This document shows, one piece after another, positions 1-13,369 of a stretch of DNA of 64,000 nucleotides. The notes beneath the pieces are model-generated. The model was not told the origin of the DNA, searched no databases, and saw nothing but the letters and a program-made list of their open reading frames with translations. The translations under genes were made by a program, and so were the position numbers. Positions within the stretch are counted from its first letter, which is position 1. Each line of letters begins with the position of its first letter. Origin of the DNA: Hemiscyllium ocellatum (lineage: Eukaryota); the NCBI RefSeq assembly GCF_020745735.1, contig NC_083435.1:36605090-36669089 (forward strand), read 5' to 3'.

Positions 1-47
1 GCCTGATTCTGATCTGGTGATATTTACACTCACAATTAATGTGGTTG

Positions 48-2189
48 TTTTTAATTTCAAAAATAGACTTTATTCATAAAATATTTTGATGATCTGTACA
101 ATTGGTCATGCCATATACATGTAGACATTCCATTTCTTTGCATACAGAGTAATCATTCATATATACGGTCTGTACATTTACTGTGCATATATTTAGCTGG
201 GGGTGTCAGTGGAGCCCAAATGACTGCATGGGCCCCCTGTTTTTACGCAGGCAGATGTTAAACGGTGGTCTTTCCCCACCGCGCCTTGGCGGCAGCTGCC
301 CCAAGCTTCAGCGCGTCCCTCAACACGTAGTCCTGGACCTTGGAATGTGTCAGTCTGCAACATTCAGTCGGGGTCAACTCCTTCAGCTGGAAGATCAACA
401 GGTTCGGACCACCCAGAGAGCGTCCTTCACCGAGTTGATGATCCTCCAGGCACAGTTGATGCTCGTCTCGGTGTGCGTCCCGGGAACAGGCCGTAGAGCA
501 CGGAGTCCCGCGTCACGACGCTGCTCGGACGAACCTCGACAAACACCACTGCATTCCTCTCCAGACTTCCTCTGCTTAGGCACATTCCAGAAGGAGGTGT
601 GTGACAGTCTCGTACCCCCCGCAACTGCTTCGAGGGCAGCGTGCGGTGCGGCTGAGAGTCCGGGCGCGCATAAAGGATCTCACAGGCAGAGCCCTTCTCA
701 CCACCAGCCAAGCCATGTCTTGGTGCTTGTTGGAACGTTCTGGCGATGGGGCATTCTGCCAAATGGCTTTGACAGTCTGCTCAGGGAACCGCTCGACAGG
801 ATCCGCCCTCTCCTTTTCCCGAAGGGTCTCAAGGACACTAGGTGCTGACCACTTCCTGATGGACTTGTGGTCAAAGGTGTTTTTCTTCATAAACTTCTCC
901 ACGAAGGACAGGTGATACGGAACGGTCCAACAACTTGCAGCGTTCCGCGGCAGCGAGGCCAGGCCCATCCTTCACAACACCGGGGACAGGTAGAACCTCA
1001 GTACGTAGTGACACTTGGTGTTTGCGTACCGGGGATCCACGCACAGCTTGATGCAGCCACACACAAAGGTGGCCATCAGGGTGAGGGTGGTATTGGGTGT
1101 ATTTTTTCCCCCCGTTGCCCAGATCTTTGTATAGCGAGTCCCTTTTGACCTGGTCCATCTTTGACCTCCATATGAACTGGAAGATGGCCCAGGTGACTGC
1201 AGCGGCACAGGTTCTGGGAATAGGTCAGACCTATGCCACGTTTAATAGCAATGACAGTGCCTCACACTTGATGACCAGGTTTTTTCCTGCGATGGAGAGT
1301 GACCGTAGCTTCCATCTGCCCAGTTTCTGCCTCACTTTGCTGATACACTCCTCCAAAGACTTGGCGCACAACCCAGCCCCCCCCCCCACCCCCTGAACCA
1401 AATACCCAGCACCTTCAGGTGGTCGGTCCTGACGGTGAAGGGGATCGAGGATTGGTCGGCCCAGTTCAGGAAGAGCATGGCCTCGCACTTGCCTCGGTTT
1501 ACCTTGGCCCCCGAGGCCCATTCGTACTGGTCACAAATGCACATGAGTCTGTGCACGGACAGTGGATTCGAGCAGAAAACGGCGACGTCATCCATGTACA
1601 GGGAGGCCTAAACCTGCAGGCCCCCACTGCCAGGAATAGTCACCCCTCTCAGGCTCGCATCCTTCCTGATGGACTCAGTAAATAGCTCTATGCAGCACAC
1701 AAACAAGGCAGGAGAGAGAGGGCAGCCCTGCCTGACTCCAGATATGACTGGGAAGCTATCTGATTCCCACCCATTGATTGAGACTGCACTGACAATGTTG
1801 GTGTAGAGCAGTCTGATCCAATTGCAGATTCCATCCCCAAAGCCCATTTTGGAGAGAACATCTCTCATATACCTGTGTGATAGCCTGTCAAAGGCTTGCT
1901 CCTGGTCCAGGCTGATCAGGCAGGCGTCCAACCCTCTGTCCTGCACGTAGGCGATCGTATCCCTGAGGAGTGTGAGACTCTCAGCGATCTTCCTGCCCGG
2001 CACAGCACAGGTTTGGTCAGGGTGAATCACCGACCCCAGAGCAGACCTGACCCGGTTGGCGATTACCTTTGACAGGATTTTGTAATCCGCATTCAACAGT
2101 GAGATTGGTCTCCAATTTTTGAGTTCCTCCCTCACCCCCTTCCGCTTGTAGATGAGGGTGATGATGCCTTTCCTCATGGATTCACTCAT
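48..2189 (-). mobile_element. 5'-truncated L1/Tx1-clade LINE (ORF2 RT to C-terminal zinc knuckle, disrupted)
   Basis: ORF 1608-2189 reads KGIITLIYKRKG..NWRPISLLNADYKILSKVIANR..GVRQGCPLSPALF. Downstream frames give MDDVAVF and CPRSSCGGYETVTHLLLEC. AATAAA and an A-rich end lie near 50-85 on the minus strand. Confidence 0.85.
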
Positions 2190-2650
2190 GGTAACTGCCC
2201 GATCTGGTCTGATTCACACTCAATCATTCGGCACTAGTCAGACTCACTATCAGAGTGATTCTAGAGGAGTCACATTCACACTCAGAATGGGAACCATCTC
2301 ATCAGATCCACACTCAAAATGCACCCAGTTTTATCAGACTGAGCCGAAGAATGATTCCGATCTGTCAGAGTGCCATTCAGCATCATTCTGTGATCCTCAG
2401 AGACACTCTCAGGATGCTGCAGGCCTGTCAGATTGACACACAGATTGTTTTTCTACTCAGGTCGTAGTTAATCCAGTGAATCAGATTCACATTGGGAATG
2501 ATTCCAGTCCACTCCGATTCACACTCAGATTGATTCTGATCAAGTCAGACTCACACTCTGAATAATTTGGGCCAAGTTATATTCTCACTGAGAATGTTTC
2601 TGGTGGAATCATGGTCTCACTGAGCATGATTCTGGATGAGTCCGAGTGAA
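2190..2650. repeat. Degenerate low-complexity tandem repeat (gattcacactcaga-like motifs)
   Basis: Recurrent cactcaga/gattca/gattct words with no clean period. Confidence 0.45.
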
Positions 2651-2819
2651 ACTGCCAATGTTTCCGATCCAAACAAAACCAAGTTGGAAACCTGAAACAA
2701 AACCAGAAATTGCTGGAAGATCTCAGCAAGTGCTTCAGCATCTGTGGAGAGAAATCAGAGTTAATATTTTGGGCCCAGTTACTCTTCTTCAGAACTGACT
2801 GTATTTGGGAAACAGACCC

Positions 2820-3790
2820 TTCCATTCAACTCATCAGGCCAACCAGATACCCTGAACTGATCTCATCCCATTTGCCAGCATTTGACCTGTATGCCTCTAA
2901 ACCCTTCCTGCCCATGTGCTGGTCCAGATACCTTGTAAATGTTCTATTTTCACACAACTCCATCACTTCCTCTGGCAATTCATTCCATCCACCCAACACC
3001 CACAGAGTGAAAATGTTGCTGTTCAGGTCCCTTTCCAAGCTTCCCCCTCCTCCCTTAAACCTGTGCACCTCTAGTTATGAACTGCAACAGCTTGGGGAAA
3101 AAATTACTTTGATTATTCATCCTGTCCAAGTCTCTCATGATTATATGAGCCTCCATAAAGTCAATCCTCAGCCTCTGACTCTCCAGTGGAAAAAGCCTCA
3201 GCATATTCAGCCTCTCTCTGTATCTCAAACCTGCCTCATTCCTGGCAGCATCCTTGTAAATCTTTTGTGAACCCTTTGATGTTTGATAACATCCTTCCTG
3301 CAGCAGGGAGACCAGAATTGAATGTAATGTTGTAAAAGTGGCCAAGCCAATGTCCTGTACTGCCACAACATGACCTCCCAATTCTTATACTCAATGCTCT
3401 GACCAATAAAGGAAAGCATACCAAATACCTTCTTCACTATCCTATCTACCTGCGTCTCCACTTCCAAGAAGATATGAAACTGCACTGACAGCATCCTTCC
3501 TATAGCAGGGAGAATTGAATGTAATATTTCAAAAGTGGCATAACCAATGTCCTGTACAGCCAGAAAATGAGATCCTAACTCCGAAACTCAATGCACTGAT
3601 CAATGACGGCAGGGTCTCCCAATGCCTTTTTCACCACCCTGTCTCCCCGTGACTCCACTTTTAAGGAACTGAACTTCCAGCCCTCAGTCTCTTTGTTCAG
3701 CAACACACCCCGGGGCCCTAACGTTATCTGGATAAGTCCTCTGCTGATTTGCCGAAGAAAAATGCAACATCTCACATTTACCTCAAAACG
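2820..3790 (-). mobile_element. CR1-type LINE 3' fragments
   Basis: Minus ORFs contain VETQVDRIVKKVFGMLSFIGQSIEYK..QFWSP..RFTRMLPG, the CR1 RT C-terminus. Confidence 0.75.
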
Positions 3791-3829
3791 ACCTTGTCAC
3801 TTGTGAGGACAGTGTGGAACAGGCGGATA

Positions 3830-4770
3830 CACTTGAACAGGTCGGAGTAAAGACTGAGGATATGCTGGAAAGTTTGAAAAACATGGGGCTAGGTAAGTCC
3901 TCTGGGCCAGACGGGATATACCCAAGGTTACTAGGAGAAGCAAGGCAAGAGATTGCTGTTCCTTTGGTGATGACCTTTGCACCCTCACGATCCACTGGAG
4001 TAGTAGCAGATGATTGAAGGATGGCAAAAACTATTCCCTTGTTCAAGAAAGGGAATAGGGATAACCCTGGGAATTAAAGAGCAGTCAGTCTTATATCGGT
4101 GGTGTGGAAAGTATTGGAGAGCATCGTGAGAAACAGGATTTATCATTATTTGGAAAAGCACAGCTTGGTTAAAGATGGTTTTGTGAGGGGCAGGTCATGC
4201 CTCACAAGCCTTATTGAACTCTTTTGAGGATGTGAGAAGAATGAACCAGGCCAGGTGTTAGATTTGGAAGTAGGTGAGCACTTTGGTGATAGTGATCACA
4301 ATTTATTTTCATTTACGTTAGCAATGGAAAGGGATAGATATATAGCGCAAGGCAAGCGTTATAGTTGGGGAAAAACAATTATGAGGAGATTAGGCAAGAT
4401 TTAGGATGTATAGGGTGGGGAAGGAAACTGCAGGGGATGGGCCCAATTGAAATGTGGAGCTTATTCAAGGAACAGCTACTGCATGTCCTTAATAAGTATG
4501 TATCTGTCAGGCAGGGAGGAAATGGTCGAGCGAGGGAACTGTGGTTTACAAAAGAAGTTGAATCTCTTGTCAAGTGGGGAAGGAGGCTTCTGCTAAAATG
4601 AGGTGTGAAGGCTCAGCTAGGGTGCTTGGGAGATACAAGTTAGCCAGGAAGGAGCTAAAGAGGGAGATAAGAGGATCAGGAGGGGACAGGAGAAGTCATT
4701 GGCAGGAAAACCCTCAAGCTTTTTATAGGTATGTCAGGAAGAAAGTAATGACTAGAGTTAGATTAGGGCC
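3830..4770 (+). mobile_element. CR1-type LINE fragments (endonuclease/RT junction)
   Basis: + strand reads KSSGPDGIYPRLLGEARQEIA, followed by pieces like DLGCIGWGRKLQG. Confidence 0.7.
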
Positions 4771-4799
4771 AGGTGAAAATGAGGACAGCAGATCCTGGA

Positions 4800-5535
4800 G
4801 AATAGAGTCGAGGGTATGGTGCTGGAAAAGCACAGCAGGTCAGGCAACATCCAAGGATCAGGAAAAACAGCAGAAGCAATTAATCAGGAATGAGGCTGGG
4901 AGCCTCGGGGCTGGAGAAATAAATGGGAAGGAGGGTGGGGCTCAGGGAATGGGAGCTGACAGTGCAATAGGTGGATGGAGGTGGGGGTAATGGTGACAGG
5001 TCAGAGCAGAGGGTGGAGCAGATAGGTGCGAAAGAAGATGGACTGGTGGGACAGATCATAGGGTGGTGCTGAGCTGGAAGGTTGGAACTGGAGTAATGTG
5101 GAAAGAGGGAAATTGGTGAAATCCACCAAGGCAGAAGGTGAAGCGTTCCTCCTCCAGGCATCAGGTGGGAAGGGAGTGGCGATGGAGGAGGCCCAGGACC
5201 TGCATGTCCTTGGTGGAGTGGGAGGAAGAATTGAAGTGTTTGGCCGCGGGGCAGTGGGGTTGGTTGGTGTGGGTGTCCTGGAGATGCTTTCTGAAGCGTT
5301 CTGTGACTAGGTGTCCTGTCTCCCTAATGTAGAGGGAAGCACATCAGGAGCAACAGGTACAGTGAATGACATGTGTGGAGGTGCAGGTAAAACTCTGATG
5401 GATCTGGGGCCTTGGACAGTGGGGAGGGGGGAGGTGTGGGTGCAGGTTTTGTAATTCCTGTGGTGGCAGGGGAAGGTGCCAGGAAGGGAAGGGTGGGTAG
5501 TTGGCGGGCGTGGACCTGGCCAAGTGGTCGCCAGG
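4800..5535 (-). mobile_element. Penelope-like element 3' fragment (GIY-YIG end plus terminal repeat)
   Basis: Collinear with the younger copy at 33191-34000 (ggaggaggcccaggacctgcatgtccttgg etc.). Confidence 0.7.
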
Positions 5536-5539
5536 GTTT

Positions 5540-6720
5540 TTAAAAATCCATTAAGGACAAAAGGGTAACTGAGGAGAGAATAGGACCCCTCAAAGATCAG
5601 CAAGGTGGCCTTTATGTGGAGGTACAGGAGACAGGGGAGTTACTAAATGAGTATTTTGCATCAGTGTTTATTGTGGAAAACGACATGGAAGACATAGAAC
5701 GTAGGGAAATAATTGGTGACATCTTGAAAAATGTCCATATTACAGAGGAGGAAGTTCTGGATGTTTTACAACACATAATAATGACCTGATCAGGTGTGTC
5801 CTAGAACTTTGTGGGAAGCTAGGGAACTGATTGCTGGGCCTCTTGCTGAGATTTTTGTATCATCGGTAGTCATGGGTGGGGTGCCGGAAGACTGAAGGTT
5901 GGCTAACGTGGTGCCACTGTTTAAGCAGGATGGTAAGGACAAGCCAGGGAACTATAGACCAGTGAACTTGCCGTTGGTGGTGAGCAAGTTGTTGGAGGGA
6001 ATCTTGAGGGACAGGATGTATATGTATTTGGAAAGGAAAGGACTGGTTGGGGATAGTCACATGTCTTTGTGCATGGGAAATCATGTCTCACAAACTTGAT
6101 TGAGTTTTTGTGAAGAAGGAACAAAGAGGATTGGTGAGGTCAGAGCGGTGAGCATGATCTATATGGACTTCAGTAAGGCATTCAACAAGGTTCCCCATGG
6201 GAGACTGATTAGCAAGGATAGAGTTCATGGAATACATGGAGAACCAGCCATTTGGATACAGAACTGGGTCAAAGGTAGACAGCAGAGGGTGGTGGTGGAG
6301 GGTTGTTTTTCAGACTGGAAACCTGTGACCAGTGGAGTGCCACAAGGATCAGTGCTGGGTCCTCTACTTTTCATCATTTACATAGATCAGTTGCAGATAG
6401 GGGTGGAAGAGTGGAAGATGGAGGTCAATCGAGGTAAGTGTGAGGTGATGCGTTTTGGGAGATGAGATGTTAAGCAAAAGAATACCTTTAATGGCAGGAC
6501 TCTGAACAGCATTGATATACAGAAGGATCTTGGGGTTCAAGTCCATAGCTCCCTGAAAGTGACCACCCAAGTAGAGAGGGTGGTAAAGAAGGCATATGGC
6601 ACGCTTGCCTTTACAGTCGGGGAATTGATTAAAAGAGTCAGGATGTCATATTGCAGCTTTGTAAGATTGTTCCACTTAGGCCACACTTCGAGTATTGCAT
6701 TCAATTCTGGTCGTCACATT
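5540..6720 (+). mobile_element. CR1-type LINE RT fragment
   Basis: [34 protein letters not shown] and [16 protein letters not shown] motifs with frameshifts. Confidence 0.85.
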
Positions 6721-6834
6721 ACCAGGCCCCTCTCCCTGTTCAGACTTTTCCTGCACCATTACATCAAACAGGGTGTCCATTCACTGAACTTCAACTCCTT
6801 CATCTTTCTCTTTAGTTTTTCCTTTGTGCTATGA

Positions 6835-9800
6835 ATTATGACGGTGGGATCTTGTTACTACACAGTCTGGGAAAATTCCAGGGTATTTTTCTTTTAACTC
6901 CTCAGTTCCCTGGTCTTCCTTTGGTTTCTCCACAACAAGGGGTGTCACTCCCACCTTGGATCCTGCTAGATCGTTCCCAAGAATAACTATATTCCTGGAA
7001 CTGACCCTCTGTCCATCACTCCCACTGTTACTTCCCCAGCCTTGATTTGACTCTCCAACCTGATCTTACACTGGAGAACACGAAATGTCCATCTATTCCA
7101 CAAACTACCACTGTCTCAGGTCACATGTCAGATACAGTGCAAATACAGTCATCTCTTTCTATTAGCGTCTGATTGAATTCCTTATCTTTCAAAATTTTAA
7201 CATCTTTGCCTTCTCCCCCCTTCTTTCTGAATAAACTTTCCCCATGGAGGTGATGTCTTTATAGAGACCAGGCACTAACTCAGTCCCCAGCCCGTGCCGA
7301 GGCTGTGCACTCTCCTGCAGATCCTCGACTTCCCTTGGGGTTTCCTTCCCCAATGTCACTAATGCCACTGGCTTCGCCTCCTTTACCACATTTTGTCCCA
7401 TAGTGCCTTTCTTCAACAACCAGCACTGTGACTTTCCATGTCCCACCTTCCCATATCCTGCCTTTCACCTCCTTTCCATCCTTTTGGGCTTCTTCTTTCA
7501 CCTGTGGTAAACGATTCCCTGTGTGCTCTCCTCTTTGTTGTGTAGTGTAGGATCTCCCCTTCTCCCAGTTTCTATCCCTCACAGGATGAAATGCTTGCTG
7601 GAAGCTGAAATTTGCCGTATGTACCAACGCACATTCTTCTGCCAGCTCTGCTGCTCCTCTCACTTTTTGCACTCTCTGTTCATCCAGATAAATTCTTATC
7701 ATCTCTGGACATGAGTTTTTAAACTCCTCCAGCAAAATAATCTCTCTGAGAGCCTCATCGGTCTTATCTAGTTTTAAGGCCTGCACCCATCTATCACAAT
7801 TACCGTGTGTAATGCTTTTGAACGCAGTGTAAGTCTGACCTGGTTCCTGCTTTCTGTTTGAATCACTGTCGATATGCTTCTGGTACCAATTCATGAGCTC
7901 CCAAAGTAGCCTGTTTGCCATCTGCATGATCTCTTGACCCATCATCTGACAGTGTTGCCTATATCTCACTCAAACTGCCTCCCAGCTCAGTCTGACCTAG
8001 CATTACCCACAAGTTCTCTGATCACTCCATCCACCACACCAATTTTTTTAACTGACATAAAGACAGCTTCGACATCTTTCTCATCAACATGTGGCAATGT
8101 TTAAACACTTTTCAAAAATTCATTTGCAGGATTTGGGTGTCGCTGGCTGGGTCAGCATTGATAGCCCATCCCTATTTACCCTGGAGAAGGTAGTGGGGAG
8201 CTTCTTGAATCACTGCAGTCCACGTGCTGTGGGTTAACACACAGTGCCGGTAGGGAGGGAAGTCCTGGATTTTGACCCAGTGACTGTGAAGGAACGGCGG
8301 TATATTTCCAAGTCAGGATGGTGAGTGGCTTGGAGGGGAACTTGCAGGGGGTGGTGTTCCCAAGTACCTGCTGCCCTTGTCCTTCTCGATGGAAGTAGTC
8401 GTGGGTTTGGAAGGTGCTGTCTAAGGATCTTTGGTGAATTTCTGCAGTTTGTCTTGTAGATAGTGCACACGCTGCTACTGAGCACTGGTGGTGGAGGGAT
8501 TGAAGGTTTGTGGATGTGGTGCTAATCAAGTGGGGGCTGCTTTGTCCTGGATGGTGTCAAGTTCCTTGAGTGTTGTTGGAGCTGGACCCATCCAGTGCAA
8601 GTGGGGGGGATCCCATCACACCCCCGCCTTGTGCCTGTAGATGGTGGATCGACTTTGGGGGGTCAGGAGGCGGGTTACCTGCTGCTGTATCCCATGTCTC
8701 TGACCTGCTCTTGCAGCCACTGTGTTTATGTGGTGAGTCCAATTGTGTTTCTGGTCAGTAGTGATCCCAAGGATGTTGACAGTCGGGGATTCAGTGATGG
8801 TAATACCATTGAATGCCAAGGGGCAGTGGTTAGAGTGTCTCTTATTGGTGATGGTCATTGTCTGGTATATTTATATGATTTTGGTTACTTGTGGTTGGTT
8901 AAATTAAAAGTGAGGGAAATGGCTCTTAAGAATTGCAGAAGAGGTATGTCCTTCCACTATCTTTCTAAATGGTGCGAATGTTACTTGCCACTTGTCAGCC
9001 CAGCCTGAATATTGTCCAGGTCGTGTTGCATTTGAGCACGGACTCCTTCAGTACTTGAGGAGTCGCGAATGGTGCTGAACGCTGTGTAACCATCAGCGAA
9101 CATCCCCACTTCTGACCTTATGGCAGAGGGAAGGTCATTGATGAAGCAGCTGAAGATGGTTGGGCCTAGGACACTACCCTGAGGAACTCCTGCAGAGATG
9201 TCCTGGAGCTGAGATGACTGACTCTCCACAACAACAACAACTCCATTTGTATATCTCACTACCTTTTCTCTGCATCTCCATCCTTTTCATTTGATACCTG
9301 ACTAATTCACAACTTCCGAAAACCAAATTCTCTCTCCTTTCTCTTCCTCTTTGCTCAGCTCTTTCTTTCATTTTCCTCTCTCTCACTCTCTCTCTCTCTC
9401 TTCTCTCATGGCTCTTCTTCTCTTCCTTTATCATCTAACTCCATTTGTCTCAATTGCAATTTAAGTTTTTCGAACTCTACTGCATTGGTCTGTTTCTCTG
9501 ATACACCAAAGTGCTTGACCAACTCCATGACAATTTCAGCTTTACTTTTGTCCCTGGTTAAACCCAACTCTAACCTACTTGCTAATTTTTAAAATATGTC
9601 CTTCCACTATCTTTCAAAATGTTTTTGGCAAATTTGGGAAACAAATTTTCTTCAAACTCCAGAACCTCCTCAGCAATTCTTAAGAGCCATTTCCCTCACT
9701 TTTAACTTAACCAACCACAAGTAACCAAAATCATATAAATTGCCTCACCTACCATTTACTTAAAAATCCAGGAGACTAATTAGCAAGTGGTTAAATCTGC

Positions 9801-9895
9801 TGGGATCTTTCAAACCCCAAATCTGTTCAAATCTCTCCTAATCTCAGACTGGATCTGTCTAAACCTGTCCAACTCACAGACCCAAGCCCCCAGAC
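6835..9895 (-). mobile_element. Gypsy (Gmr1-like) LTR retrotransposon internal remnant, gag with SCAN-like region; interrupted by a LINE
   Basis: ORF 7280-7969 reads EALREIILLEEFKNSCPEMIRIYLDEQRVQKVRGAAELAEECALVH. A gag start MALKIAEEVLEF lies near 9690. A PBS-like tgggggcttg follows the LTR on the minus strand. Confidence 0.7.
8090..9245 (-). mobile_element. CR1-like LINE 3' fragment nested in the Gypsy remnant
   Basis: ORF 8981-9259 reads [38 protein letters not shown]. The family 3' end is near 8090. Confidence 0.8.
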
Positions 9896-10701
9896 TGTTA
9901 GGACATGGGGTAAACTCTTCTGCTAATTAAACCAAACACACAGAAAAGCTCATCTCACCTTGTAATCTGTTAAAATATGAGTGACAGAGAACTCACAAAT
10001 TTCACTCTTTAATGAAAATAACGTCAGTTTATTTTTGTAATTCTAAAAGTGAACATTAACCAACAACTGTTCACAACTCTGAGACCCCATTTCTCATATC
10101 TGATTATTACCTGCCTCCAACTGTATAACAATATACTGTTCCAGTAAGACACTTATTAAAATTACATCAACTTAATTTCAAAACCACACAACAGCTGTCG
10201 TCATCGGTGTCTTTCTTCTTCTGGCTGTAGATCTCCCTGGGTCGTCACCTTTCTTTATCATTTGATCATGCTTCATATGAACAGGTACCTTTGATAGATC
10301 GTGTTTCCTAATTTCTTGGATCTGTGTTGATGGCAGTTGCTCTGTCTGATTTTCAAACTGCCTGCCTTTTTTAAATTCCCAACATTGGATCGTCTCATTG
10401 GGTCAACATTCGCAAGACAATAAATTGAAACTTGATTATGTTTTAGTATCCTGGGGCATAATTTAAACTGATTGATTAAATTCAAATTGCTGTCAAAACA
10501 GCAATTGCACAGCTAATTGATGCATGTTTCAATTTCAGAACTGCCTGTAATATGCATTTGCTTATTAACTCGGTCTCTGTGTTAAATGTTAAGCTTAGAT
10601 AAGCACTTTATCTCTTAAAGAGACCACGCACTCTTTCCTCCTATCATTTTAACAAACAAATTCCATTCCACTTCAGGAGTACTCTACACAACTTCATAAC
10701 A
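9896..10701 (-). mobile_element. LTR (~806 bp) of the Gmr1-like element
   Basis: Bounded by TGTTA...TAACA terminal inverted ends and adjacent to the PBS-like motif. Similar sequence recurs at 63778-64000. Confidence 0.65.
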
Positions 10702-11232
10702 ATATATTTGTAATTATTTCTGACACCGGAAATTTGGAATTCAGACGATCTGACTAATTTTGTCCAAAGACCTGAAGGCATAGGACCAGAACTCGATCAT
10801 CCAGCTCATTAGTTCCTGCTTCATGATGTGATTAAATCATGGCTGATCTGATAATCTTACAACTGCATTTTCCTCCCTGACCCTGACTGATTCAAAATCT
10901 GTCTGTCTCAGCCTCGAAAATACTTAATAAACAAGCCTTGAAAGCCCAATGTGATACAGAATTCCAGAGATTCATCACCCCAAAAATCACTCCTTAAATA
11001 GCTAACCCCTTACTCTGGGTTGAAGCCCTCTTGTCTTCAACTCTTCTACAAAGAGAAATAATCTTTTCACATCTCCCCGTCTAATTTCTAAAAACATTCC
11101 GGTGATCTGAATATTGACTGATGCCTGTGCCATTCTTGAAGGACATTCGTCATTTGGACAAGCACTGTCAGTCTGGAGATTTCCTGACTGCTTTCTGAGA
11201 TCTTCCCCGGGCATGGCATACAGGGGACATTT

Positions 11233-11445
11233 TGTGTCCCACTTTGTGGACAGGTACCTGGAGGCCCTACTGAGCAGGGTGATGCAGAGGAGGGGTGTCC
11301 TCTTTCCCCAGGACCACAGAGAATGCTATGGGTATAGATCCTGCCAGTCTGCCCTGACATTGCCAGTCAGGTCAGTGCAGTGTCGGCTGATTGGAGGAAT
11401 GTCCAGCAGTGTAGGAAGGGGATCAGTGACAATGTCCACTCAGAC
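11233..11445 (+). mobile_element. PIF/Harbinger-type Myb/SANT (trihelix) DNA-binding protein remnant, frameshifted
   Basis: Frame 1 reads HFVDRYLEALLSRVMQRRGVLFPQD. The shifted frame reads ILPVCPDIASQVSAVSADWRNVQQCRKGISD, matching the F.D..LEALL..V..R..VLF / W..IA..VSA..R...QCRK pattern. Confidence 0.6.
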
Positions 11446-11779
11446 AGTGTGGGAGGTCACTATTTCACTCCAACACCTCACGTTCACTCTATCTCTGCAA
11501 CTGGACCCAGCTCCCACCAAGGTTAAATTCCACCCACTATCACTTTTGCATGCAACATCCTCCCCCAGTCGTTCTCACCAACCGCAACATCAGAAACCCT
11601 GAATGCTCCCTCTGCGCTGCCTGCTCAGTGCTTGGGACAACTCCCCACTTGCCCCCACCTGCACCCAGCACCAACAGCTGTACAACCCCCTTCTATCTCC
11701 TTTAATAGCTCCCTTTGTCTCATCCCCAGGGTAAAATGCCCACTGTCAGGCAGGAAGAACCAAGACAGGCAGTGGGCTG

Positions 11780-12530
11780 TCTGACATTCAGTTCCTCACC
11801 CTTCATGAGGAAAGTATCTGACAGACTGAGTATACTTCACAGGGAAATCAGGAAGGCAGAAAGGGGACATGAGGTAGCTTTGGCAAACAGGGTTAATGAC
11901 AATCTGAAGGGGTTCTGGAAATACATTAAGGACAAAAGGAGAGAACAGAGTCCCTCAAAGATCAGCCAGGACACCTATGTGTGGAACCACATGAGATGGG
12001 GGAGATACTAAATGAGTTGTATCAGTGTTTATTGTGAGGAAAGATATGGAAGATAGGGACATGAGGAAATAAGTAGTGACAACTTGAATAATGTTCATAT
12101 TACATCATTCCGACAGCAGGGAGACCAGAATTGCACACAGAATTTCATAAGTAGGCTAACCAATGTCCTGTACAGCCACAATAGGACCTCCCAGCTCATG
12201 TACTCAATACTCTGACCAAACCGGCGAACATACCAAATACCTTCCTCACTGTCCTAGATCCTTACAGCCCCACATTTGAGGAACTATGACCCAGTACTCC
12301 AAGGTCTCTTTGTTCAGAATCACTCCTCAGATCTTACCATGAAGTGTATAAGTCCTGCCCTTTCCAAAATCAGCCCCTCGCATTTCTGTAAATCAAGCTC
12401 CATCTGCCACTCCTCACCCCACTGGCCCATCGGATCAACACCCCATTGTACTCTGAGGTCACCTTCTTCACTGGCCACTCCACCAAAACTGTTGGGGTCA
12501 TCTGCAAACTTACTAACCACACCCTGCGAT
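11780..12530. mobile_element. CR1 fragments in both orientations
   Basis: EIRKAERGHEVALANRVNDNLKGFWKYIKDK on +; VSKFADD..GVASEEG on -. Confidence 0.7.
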
Positions 12531-13369
12531 GTTCTCTTACCATTTTGGGAATACTCAACACACCCCTTTTCCTGCCAAAAGGGGTAACCTCCCATTTTCC
12601 ACATCCCAGTCCTTTTCCTCCTGATTTTCCTCAGATATTGCATTCCCATTCCTGGTTGCCATGTCATCCTTGTTTCTGTCATTTAGGTCATTCCAAAGCC
12701 TTCAGTTGAGCCTTCAGTTGTTTACCTCATTGTGAGTGTTACATCCATCCAAGTGGGGACACCTGAACCTGCTCTTTTTGACATCATTCCATTTCCCAAG
12801 CACACTGGATGCTCCACTTTCTTTCCTCTGCCTTCTAGACTTCCTCAGGGCTTTTTAACTCACTGTCACCAACTTTACTCCCTTCAGTTTGGTTCCCATC
12901 CGTCTGAACTCATCTCATCAGCATCAGCAAATCTCCACCTAGGCATTTCAGTCCAGTCCCAATAGGGTGTAACCAAGTGGTAGTGTCCCTACACTAGACC
13001 GCGAGGCCTGGTTGCAGTCCTACCTGCTCCAGAGGTGTGGAACAATATTCATTAGGAAAATGGGTAAAATAAAACAAAAGTTTCCCTTGACAAGTCTCAC
13101 CTGCCCCAGGATTAGATTGAATTCCTCGGAAGTCCCATGCTATCCCTCAGCACTGCCTCTCTCGCCATGGATTGAAACAACTGATCCTCCTGTTCTTATC
13201 CTCACTTCTTACTTTGGATTGTTTAATGTCCTATTCTTTAATCAGCCGAAACCTCATGCTACAACGATCACTGTCCTTTAAAAGTTCCCTGCTCACTTGT
13301 TGCCTCCCTCATTCCTGAGAACAAAGTCTTACAGTGTCTCCTCTCTGACTGAACTGGAGACATGTCAGA

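Noticed and set aside
183-848. 221-aa plus-strand ORF and other long ORFs antisense to LINE/PLE RT (e.g. 34508-35041)
   Set aside because: Antisense shadows of retroelement coding frames.
13165-13230. Possible class I leader (gccATGG followed by LILLFLSSLLTL)
   Set aside because: The ATG frame stops after two codons, the hydrophobic run is in another frame, and there is no suitable donor.
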